Below, one piece after another: positions 39,660-55,098 of a stretch of 64,000 bases of DNA (the stretch's first letter is position 1; every line of letters starts with the position of its first letter). Below the pieces are notes generated by a model. The model was not told the origin of the DNA and did no database searches. It worked only from the letters and a program-made list of their open reading frames with translations. Source of the DNA: Paramecium tetraurelia (lineage: Eukaryota); contig CT868574.1 in NCBI GenBank assembly GCA_000165425.1, forward strand, positions 1 to 64,000. The letters run 5' to 3'. Position numbers and translations under genes: made by a program.

Positions 39660-41591
39660 ATGTAAGACAAATAAATTATTCAGCTTTTCGAAAAATACTC
39701 TAAACTTAATGATCCAAAATTAGTGTTCTAGACAAGTGAATAAATTTTAGAAAGAGTAAAAGAGGATGATATAACCTTCGTATTATCCAAAATCATGAAT
39801 TGTTTGCAATCAACAGAATATGACACTACTATCAATTACGCCTTACTATTGAAGCAACTAATTTAGAAGTACTCATCTAAACAGCAAAAATTACAACCTA
39901 AAGCCATATTTGATCAGCTATAATAAACTTTGAGCAAAAAGAACTCATATGGTAAAAGTGAGTTTAAGCATTTTATGCTAACCAAATATTTTGTCTATTC
40001 TTACCTAGATTTTTAGAACTTATTAAATATTATACTTGAAGATAGAAAAACTGAAGATTCAGAATACTTAACCTATGTCTTATTGAAGCATCTGTATTAA
40101 TTATTAAATTATTTAGTAAACCTGAAAATGTCAAATAAGTTAGCAATTCAATAAAAAATGATCTTTAAAATTTAACACCAAGAGTTTTTTGTATTTTAGT
40201 CAAACTCCAATAATTGAGTCAAAAAGGATAATTCCAATGGGATAAATATCTTTAGGAATAAATTTTTGATAGATAGAAATTCCACAAACTCTTATAATAG
40301 GCCAATGATCTATTTCCAAAGAAACAGCTTTTCTATTAATACCTAGCTATCTATATGGGAAAAGTATGATATCTAGTTTATAATTATAGTTTAGCCAATC
40401 TTCAGAAAACTCAAAAATTTTTGCTGAGTTCTGGGAATACCTTTTCCAGCAAGAAGACTTGAGAAAGTTAAACTACATCATTTTATCAGTTTTTAAATAT
40501 TTCCTAAAATCGACTTCTGTTCCACTATCACTAATGAGAAATTAATAATTAGTTGAATTATGGTACAGGTAATTTGGAAATTCTAATTCTGTTATGAAAA
40601 GATTAGCAAATAAGATTGAATAATACTTGACCTAAAGAGAGATCACTTTTGAAGATATAGTTTACCTGAGAAATATCTATGGCTATCGAATTCACCCTAA
40701 GAATGGAATTGCATAAAAAATATTAGCAAAGTTCACAGAAGAGGAAATAGATCAATATTTCGAGAACATGAAATAACAAGAACAGTCTTCCACTGATCCA
40801 ATCAATAAACTCTACTATTTAAATGAAATCTATGTTCTTGCCACCGTAGGTAATACAAACATTAAAGTCTTAACATCTATGATAAAGTATATTTATGAAA
40901 TTGGTTGCCAAAATTTTGAATAGATTTATGAGCAATTGGATGAAGAGTCTAAGGAAGCATACTAATTTGAAGAGATAAAGAAAAAGTTCTTGGATTAATG
41001 TTAGAGCTTCTTTTACTCACTTGTTGGAAAAGTAGCTGCTGTAAATATTTAATATGATAATTAGAATGTGTAAGAATTTGATGAGTTGACGAAATCCTTA
41101 TTGAAATAACTTAAAAAATCAGAATTAATTAAATAGTATAAATTGATTACAGGCAAATAACCTAAAGAGTGTATCAAGCATTTAGTAAATTCAATCCTTA
41201 TGTTTTCACTTCTCAATTAAGAAGAAGGATTATAAATCTTGGAAGAGTTTCAACACATTGCAGGTGACATTTAAGATGAAGAACCATAAATAAAAAAAAA
41301 GGTAAAGACTAATCCAGAGAAGGCAAAAGTTGTCTTAACTGAAGTTTTTATTTAATTGTTAACTAAATCTCCATGTAACATTATAGAGTTTATATATTTT
41401 AGAATTCTTGAGAGATGCTGTTAATTAGTGCTGCAAATCACTTGAATTTACAACAGAATGTTTAGAGATTTTATTAGATGTATTACTTAAGGAGGACCAT
41501 GAGTATATTGCAGAGATGCAACAATAAGAGTTAGATGAGTGAGGAAGGTGGAGATGAAAGCTTAGAGGAAGAAGAAGAGGAAAATTAATGA
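39660..41591 (+). CDS. Pol5 / MYBBP1A-like nucleolar helical-repeat protein
   Basis: ITFVLSKIMNCLQS...INYALLLKQLI and VLTEVFIQLLTKSP..FLRDAV...CLEILLDVL plus an acidic tail resemble Pol5/MYBBP1A. As written, TGA occurs at 41540-41542 and the acidic tail continues in the +1 frame. Confidence 0.5.
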
Positions 41592-41825
41592 TGTTCATAT
41601 ATTAGTGTTTGTACAATATTTATAAAATTTGTAAAATCCTTTTTCGGCTTATAATTTAAGCAAATTAAATGAATTAAACTTACAAAATTGATAAAAAATG
41701 TTATAATTTTTGGAATGAATTTAAATTAGTAATTTTATTAATGGATTATAATATAGATAATTTTTAGGAAGGAAGAATTATTATAAAAGCATCTAAAGAA
41801 AAATCAATAAAATATATATATATTG

Positions 41826-43832
41826 TCAATTAATTTATTAGTACTTTGCTTGTAAATCTCTTTTTAATAGAATAGTTTTAAACAGATCACTCCATTATTT
41901 AAGTAATTCTTTTTTTTTATTAATTTTATTCTTTTCATTTATTTCAATTTTGAATTACTCATAAAGGGCAATAATCTTATCATAATCCTCATTAAAAATC
42001 AAATAACCACATTTTTGAGCAAACATCCTACCATTCTATGAATCAAACCCATCCACTGCTTCAATAAACTTGATATTATTTTTTGATAATAATTGCTTAA
42101 TTCCTTGCAATCTAACAAGTCTAGTCCCTTTGGGAGGAGGAAAAGAAAAGGTCTAATAAATTAGGATATAATACTTCATAGTTTCCATAAGCATTATTTG
42201 GTAAATTTCCATCATTGTCTTCCAAACTTACTTTGATATCATTAGTCTACCAAAGGGCAAATAGAGCTGTAGTTTTAGTTTTATCAAACTTTTAACTGAC
42301 CTCTTTGATTGGTTATGCATCAAGTTTAACTTCTCTTAAATATTCTCTCCATTTATCTCTTGAATGAAGAATGATCACATCACTTTATAAATAAATATCT
42401 TCATCTTTGAATTTAACTCCAATTGGTTTTGCATCTGGATGTATCATCTAATATTGTGAAAGTTATGATGCTATAGCATAAAATTAACTATATTTAAATT
42501 CTTTTTCATTAGTATAACTACCTGGAGATGGTACAATTATATTTGCACTGACAGGTTCATTCACTAATTATTAAAGTCCTTTGTAGATTAATTCTAAAAT
42601 ATATTATTCAAAATACTTGCATTGTAAGCTAATTGATTGAACCATCTTTCAAGTGATAACTGAAATCTTTGTCCAAAAAAATAATAAGAATACTTTAATG
42701 TGACATCCACAAAATGAGTATTGCCAAATAATCTGTTTATTTGAAAATTAGGGTCTTTGAATGTTAAATCTTAAGCAGCAATAATAAAATGACTGAAACT
42801 GTTTTGAAGCTTTGCTTTTAAAATGTTTATATCCATTAACACAAACCTATCCGATATCGGATCAAATGGAATCCATGAGTTCGAATTAGAATCATAAAAT
42901 TCAAGCCAAATATTCTAATTTTATGTTTAGATATCCTAATTAATTTATCTTTCATTTTGTTATTTTTTATTATCCTTCTTTTTCGATTTTTTTAATTCAT
43001 ACTAGAGATCATTTTAACTTTTATTCTCATTCTATTATTGTTATTATTTTTGTAATTCTTATGATACTATTAATGTTTTATCTTTCTTATTCGATTTTTA
43101 AAAAATAAACTTATTTAAAGACTCAACGTTGTCTGATTAAGTCATAAATTAAGAGTTTAGATCAAATATTGTTTTGGTATTCTGCTCTGTCTCTTCGCTC
43201 TCTTAGTCAGTTTTCTTTATTGTGCGAATCTTAAATTTTAGTTCCAGACCCAAAAATCCAACATCAAATGCTCTTACCAACCTTACATTCAGTCCATAAT
43301 ACTTACATAATTATGCAAAAGTTATGATATATTCTGAAGGGCTCAAATTGTAAATTTGTATACCTTTGGAGAATTGGTTTTTCAATTAGAAAGTCAAAGC
43401 AAAACCTTAATAAAGAGCAGAAACTTGTTCTTGTAAATTTTTTGCTTAATTTAGTTTAGTTTCAATCATTTCTATAGTGGGATATAAAAAATTAGATAAT
43501 TTGAATGCGAATTCAGTTTAATTGTTCATAGTTTTATGATCTCGATATAACTTAAATAAATGGATAATAAGAGTGGTTCGTATTTAGTTAACTGGAACAT
43601 AGCTCTGCTTTTTTGGTTTTTGTTCAATCTTTTTTTATTACTTTCTTTATATTTTTTCATGTAATTCCAATAAATCATCTGGCAATCCTTCTTCCATAAT
43701 TGTAAAGTCATCCTATTTATTTGGTACAATCTTTTTTAATTGATTCACTCTCTCTATAAAGTCATCTTCATCTCGGACGGATTCTTCTGATAATTCCTCT
43801 GATTCGTGATTTATTTCAAAAGAATCATCCAT
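41826..43832 (-). CDS. XPC: DNA damage recognition protein RAD4/XPC
   Basis: WLEFYD...WIPFDP, FVDVTLKY, QMIHPDAKP, LHSRDKW, LFALWQT, LPNNAYGNYE, EAVDGFD (TGD and BHD1-3 motifs). Confidence 0.88.
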
Positions 43833-44004
43833 TATAAAGTAAATTGTTAATTAATTATTATAATACTTAGTTACTTTTTTAAAAATTACAAGTCCTACGA
43901 ATAACAACAATCCAAATAATATATAATTTACTAAAAATTTTAATTTTAGTTTGAGAATATAAAATTTTCAATGAAATAATATTATAATATAGTTAATTAA
44001 TAAT

Positions 44005-44918
44005 ATGGGAAATAAGCCCTCAGTGAATTAGAGTAAATTTCAGAGATAAATGACAACTAATGATAAATAATTTAAAAAAGATTAAAGTTAATCGAATGTT
44101 ATTGCTCCTTATAGAGAAGGAACGACTTTAGCTGTGGAAAGTAAATTGAAGGCATATTTAAAAAATGCGAACGAAGGAGAAGATCTTGATGATGACAATT
44201 AAGGGGGACGAAATAAGTTATAATAATTCAAGGAAGACTAACATAATGTCGAGAATATTCAAAAGGAAATTATCTTTTTAGAAGAAACAGTTTTTTCGAA
44301 AGAGAAATTGCAAAGAGTTCGTGAAGACTTTGAGTCCTATTCCAAAGAAAATAAAATGAGCAGAAAAAAGTTACTTGAATATTTTGGAATGGCAGAACTT
44401 GATAATAAAAGACTTGGAAATAGGATTTTTTAATGTGTTAAATCAACATTCTCCCAGAAAAAAACAGGGTATATTAATTAGTTATGATGTGATTTAGACC
44501 ATTCTTAGATTATGCCAAGTTTCTAAAAGCTATATCGATGCTGTCTTAATAAAACGATGAGGGGAGGTTAAGATTTTTGTATTCCATGTTTGATATGAAC
44601 TTAGAAGGTAGTATAGAAAAAGATGAGATGTATAATTTAATGATGATGTTTTTAGAAGTAATTCATGAAATAATTTATTAGGGCATGATGTCTATCAATT
44701 ATGAGAATTAAGATTTGAATGATTTAAAATAAAGAATAAGTGAATCGCATGACAGATAGATTGAACTTGCATTGGAGGAAATTGTCAATGAAATCTATTA
44801 GAATCATGCATCCAAACAAAACGTATTGAGTTATGATGATTGGAGAAATTGGTTGATGGAATAGGAAGGTATTTAGGAAATTTTAAAATTTAATCCTCAT
44901 ACTGATTTTTAGGATTGA
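44005..44918 (+). CDS. Myristoylated EF-hand protein (calcineurin-B/NCS-like)
   Basis: MGNKPS, LDYAKFLKAISML, RLRFLYSMFDMNLEGSIEKDEM, LSYDDWRNW. Two introns. Confidence 0.8.
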
Positions 44919-45094
44919 GAGGATCCTTTAATAATTTGAATATGCTTATATTATATATCATTTTATTTCCCTTTAATTACTTAAGAATTGATTATGGTTG
45001 CTCAACTAGAATAAAATACTATTCTTAAATACCTAATTTAACTGAGATATATATTTATATTATTTTTTATTATTAATATTTAAACCAAAAGAAA

Positions 45095-45724
45095 ATGTAG
45101 GAGGCATTCGTTGGTCATACTTAGAAATCTTAAAATTTCTATACTTAAATAATAAAAAGCTAAGCCAAAAATGCGTGGGAAGTCAAAAGAAGAATATCTA
45201 AAAAATGTGCCTTCACTTTAAACCCTCTAAAGGTTCCTATCAGAAGCATATAATGTAAGACATTAAAATGCGTTTATGAGTAAGATGTCATCTAGGTCAT
45301 ACTAAAAAAATATGATAAAGATAATGATATATTCAAATGCATTCAATGTGAAGAAGAAATAAAAAAATAAGATCTATTTTTCGATTCTGAATTATCCAAA
45401 GCTTTAAAACTTCAAGGACCCTGCTACTTGAAAAATAATACTCAATCCTAAAAAGATTAGAAATTAAATTATATTATTGTAAATAAAAACAATGACTAAG
45501 CTAAATCAACTATAGAAATGTTGGATGAAAGCTAATATCCACTAATAGAAAATTCAGAAAACCAATAGCTCTTATAAATTTTAGCATTAAGCGTTTACAA
45601 ATAGAGAATGGAGACTCTACATTTTTTAATGAACCAAGAAAAAGAAATGAGTCTATAAAGGTATGCTAAATAAGAGTTTAGTCAAGAGAAGTAATATATG
45701 GATTCATGGTTTAGAAATTAATGA
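45095..45724 (+). CDS. Small SP-RING (MIZ/PIAS/Nse2-type) zinc-finger protein, 209 aa
   Basis: ISKKCAFTLNPLKVPIRSIQCKTLKCVY...FKCIQCEEEIKKQDLFFD. Intronless. Confidence 0.6.
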
Positions 45725-45917
45725 AACCCTATAATCCTAAAATCATATTGAATTTGAAATTCTATAAAAAAGAGAAAATTTTAATTTCCACAATTCATAT
45801 ATCATTTCAATTTTTAGTTTATATATATCATACTATCATCCATTATATCAATACCTAATAGATTTCTACTGGTTTACAACTATCAAATAATAAATATATA
45901 TTTATTTTTTTTCTATT

Positions 45918-46475
45918 ATGCAAGTATTTAATTAAGATCAAAATGAGCAATGCTTGATTTGTTTCGAAACTTTAAGTCAACCTTTCCAATTTACAGACTG
46001 TTAACATGCGTTTTGCTAAGTTTGTGCAAAGGATTACTTTGAATAAAGAATTGATGAAAAATTAATAGATGAATTTACATGTCCTCTTTGTTAAAAAAGC
46101 ACAGATGTCAAGTAAGTTTTAGAAATTATTGATCAATTGCATTAAGAAAGATATAATGAATAGAAAAATGAAAAATTCTAATTTTAATAACAAAGAAGGG
46201 ATATGATAAAGTTTTATGTTAATAATAAAAAAATCCTTAATCTTTGTAGATGTCCTTGGTGTGAGCAAATATTTCATAGAGCAGAAAGTGGATGTAATTA
46301 CATAAGATGTCATTCACTTGAATGCTAAGGAAAAAATACATTTTGTGCGTAATGTGATGTTGCTTTGACTGATTTAGATCACGAAAAACATTATGAAAAT
46401 AATAACCCCTTCAAAGGGAAATGTCGAATATTAAGAAATGGTGTCTGGGTAGATAGATCAACCGTATATAACTGA
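45918..46475 (+). CDS. RING1 + RING2(Rcat) RBR-like E3 ligase, 185 aa
   Basis: CLICF...CQHAFCQVC...CPLC, then CPWCEQIFHRAESGCNYIRC...FCAQC. Intronless. Confidence 0.75.
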
Positions 46476-46826
46476 ATTTATATATAAATATTATAATAAT
46501 GCATATATTTTAAAAACTTAATATTTCTATTAACTTTTATACTCTTTATAATTTAATTTTTTTCGAATTCCGCGTTAAAAAACTAAAATCTTTTATAGAC
46601 CTATGTAGGAGCAACATGCAATTCAAAGGATTTAAAGACAAGCTAGTGTGATAAAATAATTGTCAATAAGATTTCAAATATTGGCACTTATAATTTTATT
46701 TTAATTGCACATATATCTAATATTATAATTATAAAAATGTAATGATAAAAACTATGAAAGTATAATAAATTAGTAACTAAAGATTTGTGAAATTTCTTAA
46801 AATTAATTATAAAACTTATAGAAATA

Positions 46827-48494
<1,668 letters not shown>

Positions 48495-48825
48495 TATTAA
48501 ATACTTGGTAACTAAATTATTTAACTAAAATTGATGGGACTTGAGAATTAATTATTCTTTATAATTACTAACTAATAAATTATAACTTATTGATTTTAAT
48601 ACTTATAAAGAAGAATATATTAATATTAACTTAATAATTGTTTGCTTAAAATTTATATAATAATTTTTATAGGAATTATACAATTTTCAATTTGATGAAT
48701 TCTAAGGAATTTGAATTCCAAATGAATACGACAAAATGAAGAGGGAGGAGTCATACACTTTTTGTTTGATGACCCTTATTTGTGATACATGTTATAAAAT
48801 AAATTAATTAAAATATAGAATAAGA

Positions 48826-50447
48826 ATGGACGTATTTTTAATAATAATCTCTTGTATAATAGCCGTTCTGCTGCTGGGAATCAACATTTATATACTAGCC
48901 TTATATTGTCATCGTATAGCATTCATGTGATATACATTTAGCATCTGATTCTGGATTTGGAGCATCTTTATTTTGTAAAATATTAGTAGTACTTGGTTTC
49001 ACTTTAGCTTGGGGACAAATCCTATTAGTATCAGCAGACATATCAGCATCAAAGTATTATGATTGATCATTTAGGGGTGTTTTTACTACTGAAGGGGAAT
49101 CCATGATGATTGTGTGGTATGTCATATATTGCACGATCTTGGGAATGGTAGCATTTCTAATTCCATGCGCTCAATTTTATTATGAAAGTGATGAGGATAA
49201 GCCATTAATGAAACGATTACTCGAAGTTATGTGCTATGAATTCATATTATTGGGTGTGCTATTGACTTTATTATTGGTTGGATTCACCTATCTAGGAACT
49301 GCAAGGATACCTGTTCATACAATCACATAAACCTTTGATAGTTAGATTTCAGCTACCTTTCCAATTGTGTTGAACAATTATGCTTTCAATTAGGTATCAA
49401 ATGCATTACAATTAGATTGAAAGTGATACCAATGTTGAGATTTCAGTATCCTTTCCTGTGTTTTTAATGGGATTCTTGGCATTTATTGGATGGTTTTTGT
49501 TAGTGTTGTTTGGTGGAGTTGGTCTTTCTGCACTGCCTATAGATTTAATTTAGGAATACATCAGCAGACCTAAAGTAATGAAATCGTCTGAGGCTATGGA
49601 AAAAAAGATGAGATTAAAGAAATAAGCAGTTGAGTTGATATAATTTGGTTAATAAATTCAAGAGGAAGAAAAAGAGTTGGCTTTAGTAAATGGATTTATG
49701 GCAGAAAGAAAAGTGAAAAATCAAATTAAATAAAAAGCTAAGAAGTTTTAGGCTGCAACTGAAGCACTTGCAAATGAACATGAAATATTTAAAATGGAAT
49801 TAGAATATTAGAATGTCAATCCTGTGGTTTGGGTTTTCAAACTCATTTTAGGAATAATATTCATAATTTTATCATTGTTATGGATTTTATAAATGTATTA
49901 CAATTTATTATCATAAATTAGATTGTTATATATGCTCATTAAAATCAATGGGTATCCTGCTTATAGTTTTTTGAACAAGATGTTCATTTATTTGGAAGGA
50001 ACAGTGATGTCATTCATTGGAACCATTTTGCTAGCTCTCTTTACCTTATATTTATTGGGTTGCACTTATAAGGGCAACTTGAAGTTCGGACTCAGAATTC
50101 CTTTCCTATTCACAATCTATCCGATGAAAATAAATGAGACCTTTATGAACAGTTTCCTTTTCAACGCAAACCTATTACTCATTACTTCCGTTGCTGTTAC
50201 TCAATTCAGCATCTAAGCTTTTTCAGAATATACTCAAAATTCGCAAATTGCATTAATGTTCTTGGGATAGATTTAATATTTATATTTCTTTACTTGGTTC
50301 TTTGATTATAATGTGTTTGTAATAGCATTACTTTCATGGTCTGGGTTAGTTTTAATCTATTTGCTTGTAAGGAAACCACCAAAACCTTATGAATTATAAT
50401 AAATCGAAAAAAAGAAGACATAAGATTTTGAATTATAAACAAAATGA
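48826..50447 (+). CDS. LMBR1/LIMR-family membrane protein
   Basis: IPCAQFYYESDEDK, GWFLLVLFGGVGLSALPIDLI, YPMKINETFMNSFLFN. Many TM helices. Confidence 0.9.
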
Positions 50448-50753
50448 ATAATTTAACACTGTTTAGACAATAGTAATTTTATTTTCTTAAAAATACACTG
50501 GTTTTTATTGAATACATTAATAAATTGATCGATTCGATCTAAGCTTTATTTTAATATATATATATATTATATGTTATATGGCTCTCGTATAAAATTAAGG
50601 ATACAAATTTATATATAAATTTAGAACCTTTAAACTGAATTAATACATATCTCATTTATCATAATTGATATGTGATTGTTTGGTCATGATTAGTACAAAA
50701 AAATACTAGCAATAGATGATGAGTATGTAATATAAAATTCATATATTAAAAAT

Positions 50754-53461
50754 ATGAAAAATTAGAATAAATTAGAAATTTCGTCTGTATATCCTAATGA
50801 TAGTGATTCTTAAGAGATTTACCCACTATATGACATATCTAGAGCAAGAATTTTTGATACGGAAGACTTTTTATAATAAACATTGTACACTATAATACGA
50901 CAATGTTATGGGTGTAGAAATTTGACTAGAATGTGGCCTAAATTATCATAATAATAGATAACCAAAAGTAAATATGAAAACTATTATCAAAAAATAATCA
51001 ATAATCGAATTTCAAGATTTCCCTAATTGAATGTATAGGCGATTCAATAGATAGAAGGGAAGCGTTATAAAATAGTGCTCTATTCTGAATTAATGTTCAG
51101 ATTGCATCCTCAAAAAATGGTGTGTTGCATTTGTGAAAAGGAAATATTGCTCAGCATTGTAGAGGAACATTCACAATTATGTCTGAAAAAACACATGCTT
51201 AATTAGGACATTTATGCAATATAGGATAAGATCCAGGAGTTATCAGAGGAAATTAACAATAAGGAAATTGAACTCATAACCAAAATAAATTTGTATACTA
51301 AATAAAGGATGTCAGAGAAAAATTTAAGTCATTAAAACAGTCCAGTAATGAACAGAAGCAAATAATAAATTACACTTTCGAAGTTTGCTCAATAAAGCGA
51401 TCAGAGATAAAGAGGATTATAGAGAGCAAAAACAATAAACATCTCAGAAGACAATAGTATAAGTGAATTTCCAACATTCCATTAAAGAAAACCAGGTAGG
51501 AATTTTACTCGTTTAGAATCATCTATGAGCATGAGTCCAGATAGCCAAAAATAAATAAAATGTGCTATATCTTTACTGAAAGTCACTCAATAATATTGTT
51601 AAAAAATATTAAAATAAGATAATTCATTTGTTTTGGACATAGATGCCAAATTTCAATCCTTGATCAAATTAGGGTTACCTGAAATAAACCATTTGAATGA
51701 TGTAAGTGAGTTAATGAAGAGATCTTTGAGTTTGATTACATAACGACTAGCATTAAATAAGCAAGCCAATAAGATTGATGCAGCATAATAGTAATTGCAA
51801 TGTGGATCAATTGAAAAATTAAAAAAAATATTCCAGAAAGGGTTATCAAATTCTTATAAATAAGCAGGAACTTCATAAAATAGTCGAAACAAAAAAGGAG
51901 GGCATAGTGGAGGAAAGGTTAGGATTATGGATTTAGTCAAACCATCCAAATTCAACCAAAGATAATATAAGGAGGATTAGGAAGAATGTTAATATCAAAT
52001 TCAATAAACTCCAATTTAAGAATAGAAAATAGATTCTTTAGAATACATTACATTTTCTCCTTCTGAAGAGAATGCAAATTAAAATACATAATAATTATTA
52101 AACATTCACATTTACTCCCAATAAGAAGATGATGATAGTGATGATGTTCAATAGAATATGTTTATTAGAGGGTATTACTCTGATTCTGGAATCACTCTGA
52201 GAATTCCACAATATAATTAAAAGATGTAATATATGTTATAATATCATTAATTCTAGAATGACAGTGGGATTAAAAGATTTTGAATTCTAAGAGGTATTGG
52301 GTGTGGGAGCATATGGAGCAGTTTGGAAAGTAAGAAAATTAAAAACAAATGATGTTTATGCAATGAAAGTGATTGATACTCAATAGTAATCAAGTCAAAA
52401 CTTTTTTGAAACTCTAAAAGCTGAGAGTACTATATTTTCAGTTCTTGAAGGGGATTTCGTGGCAAAAGCTTACTATTCCTTTAGTCATTCGGATTGTTTG
52501 TTTTATGTCCTTGAATATGTAAAAGGAGGTGATTTTGATAAAATCTTAAGAAAATATGGTGCTTTGGATGAACCCATAGCTAAATTCTACATCGGAGAAT
52601 TACTGTTGGCAATCGAGGCTTTACACAAGAAACAGATCATTCACAGGGATTTGAAACCACAAAACATCTTGATTGATGGAAAAGGTCATTTAAAGTTAAC
52701 GGATTTTGGATTATCAGAAATAGGAATGAAATTATATATGAAACAATCTGAACCTAGTTAAGCTCTTAAGTTGCAACAATAGTTGGATAATAAAATTAAG
52801 GATTTGGTAAGCAGTGAGCCGAAGTCTCCGAGGTTTGATCATTGCATTTCGATAAAGGCCAGCAATCATAATAAACATAGGGTTGTTGGTACTCCAGATT
52901 ATATTGCTCCTGAGGTCATTAGGGGAGAGTCCATAAGCAACGAATCCCTTGATCAATGGAGTTTAGGGGTGATCACTTACGAATTCCTGGTGGGCATCCC
53001 TCCTTTTAATGATGATACGCCAGAAAAGATTTTTGACAACATTTTGCAAAGAAACATTACATGGCCGGAAATTGGAGATGGAGAAAACCAATTGAGTCCC
53101 AAGGCCCAGGACTTTATTGAAAGATTACTGGACCCTAATTACAAAACTAGGATGACTCTTCAAGAAGCCAAACGACATTCTTTTTTTAATGGTTTTAAAA
53201 TCATTTCTTAATTTAGATATCAATTTCGATACTCTTCGTAAATAACCTGCTCCCATCATACCTGATAATGTACCTGACGATCAACCTTTGTTGTTGATTA
53301 AGAAATAGAGAGAGAAGGATAAACTCACAAAATTACTTCGTGATACTTCTAGTGAAAACTCTACCATTTCAAAGTTAGGTGTTGACAATTTATTAAGGCT
53401 TGATTTACTTGTAGAAATGAATTAATAAAAAGCTCATTAATTAAGAAAAAAATATCATTGA
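50754..53461 (+). CDS. AGC kinase of the IRE/Rim15/MAST-Greatwall group (start uncertain)
   Basis: C2HC finger CCICEKEILLSIVEEHSQLC, GVGAYGAV, HRDLKPQN, DFGLS with long insert, VGTPDYIAPE, PPFNDDTPEKIFDNI. Confidence 0.88.
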
Positions 53462-53539
53462 AGCGCTGATATATTTCTACAGAATTGTTTAAAGTGTTAT
53501 TTATAAGCGTATTGAAAGGAATTATTTCTTTAACTTATA

Positions 53540-54345
53540 ATGTAATAAAAATATATGAGACCTTTGACATCCGCCAGTCCAAACAAGGTACCAATATCGA
53601 ACTTTGCCAGTGTCGATCGCGATAAAACAAGAGGGCAAACCTACATTTCTTAATACACCAAAGTCGAGGATGTTTAATCCCCGAAAAGTCAGAATAATAA
53701 TTTAAATGTTTCTCAATAAAATGAAATCCAAACACTCAAAAAGCTTGTCATTTAGTTAGATTCCAGAATAAACCAATAAAATGAAACAATTACTTAAATT
53801 AAAACTGACCTGGAGAAAATGAAGGAGTTAAACTCAGAATTATAGGAAAAATTAAAAATGGCTGCCTCTCCAACTTTTCCAAATTCCAATAACCTTGATA
53901 GAAGAGCAGTCGATGATCAAAAAAAAATAAAATAAGAAATCATGTAATTGGGAAACAAGTTTTCTGAAATGGTATATTAAATTTTAATTAATTACAAGAA
54001 AGTTGATTATGAAACCAAGCAGATGTCATTGGAAGAAAAAGTGCGATCAATCCAAATCTCTTTTGAAAACAGAATGAAGATATTCTTTGAATCCAAGATG
54101 GAATTCGAAGATATTTATAATTCAATCAACTAATTAGGTATTAATAGACATAACAAAAAGCAAATGAGTTGAGTCTCTTAAAAGAAAAAACCAGTCCCGC
54201 CGATACGATTAATGAAACCTACCATGTGGACTAGAAAGGATACCTGATGGACTCATAAAATAACTACTTGCTTGATAAAGGGCAAATGATAAAACTGAAT
54301 GAAAAATAAATTTCATATTTAAAGCAACATCATAAATTATTATGA
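53540..54345 (+). CDS. Hypothetical coiled-coil protein
   Basis: Continuous frame across two tiny introns. C-terminal YHVDQKGYLMDSQNNYLLDKG. TGA at 54343-54345. Confidence 0.7.
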
Positions 54346-55098
54346 TACATTAAATTATTTATTCTCCTTGTACTTCAACGGTTTTTCAGGCAAAATAATA
54401 TCACCATTTTCTTGCATTTCGCTCCTAATTTTTTTATATAGAAAAACACTCGTTTGGTTTTATTTTTTATATATATATAATCATCAAAGATTATTATTTA
54501 ATATTGATTATAAAACTCTTTATGAGTTAACATTTCATAATACTTCATTAATTACTCATAAATTTATATTATTAGCACTATTAGCAATCTTTCGAGACTC
54601 AATAAAGCTCCTAATTTGTTTGAAAATATTGATTAATTGATCCTTTACAAGACTTTACTTCTGCTTGTATTTTTATTTATTGAAATTAAAGACTTGGTTA
54701 ATTTATACAAGTGGATAAATTGATTGGTTAGGAATGGCGATTCTTTTGAGTTACTTCTCTTGTGTTTTTATGTAAATTTATTAAGTATTCTTTTGAAAAT
54801 ATTGAATTTAGTTGAATTATTGTATGGAAAACAAATTCTGAAAAGGGAATCCCAATTGGAAGTGTTTGAAACTTGGTAGATACTCATTTTATATAAGAAT
54901 GATTCGTTTGAATGAGAGTGGGGTGAGTTCGAGACTGTTTAGGAGTGAGTTTTAATTTATAATTAATGTTTAATTTATATATGTTAAAGCATATTAAAAA
55001 TAATAATGCTAGTTTTTATGACAGGATATTGATTATTATTATTATTATTATAAATTTATGTTAAAAATAATCATTCTAAATCTATAAATAAATTAAAT

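Noticed and set aside
37803..44918. Calcineurin A near a calcineurin-B-like EF-hand gene, read as a functional cluster
   Set aside because: The EF-hand protein is too long and divergent for true CNB, unrelated genes intervene, and ciliate gene order is not operon-like.
54484..54992. Minus-strand open frames of ~150 codons
   Set aside because: Two frames are open simultaneously with no motif. With TGA as the only stop, such ORFs arise easily.
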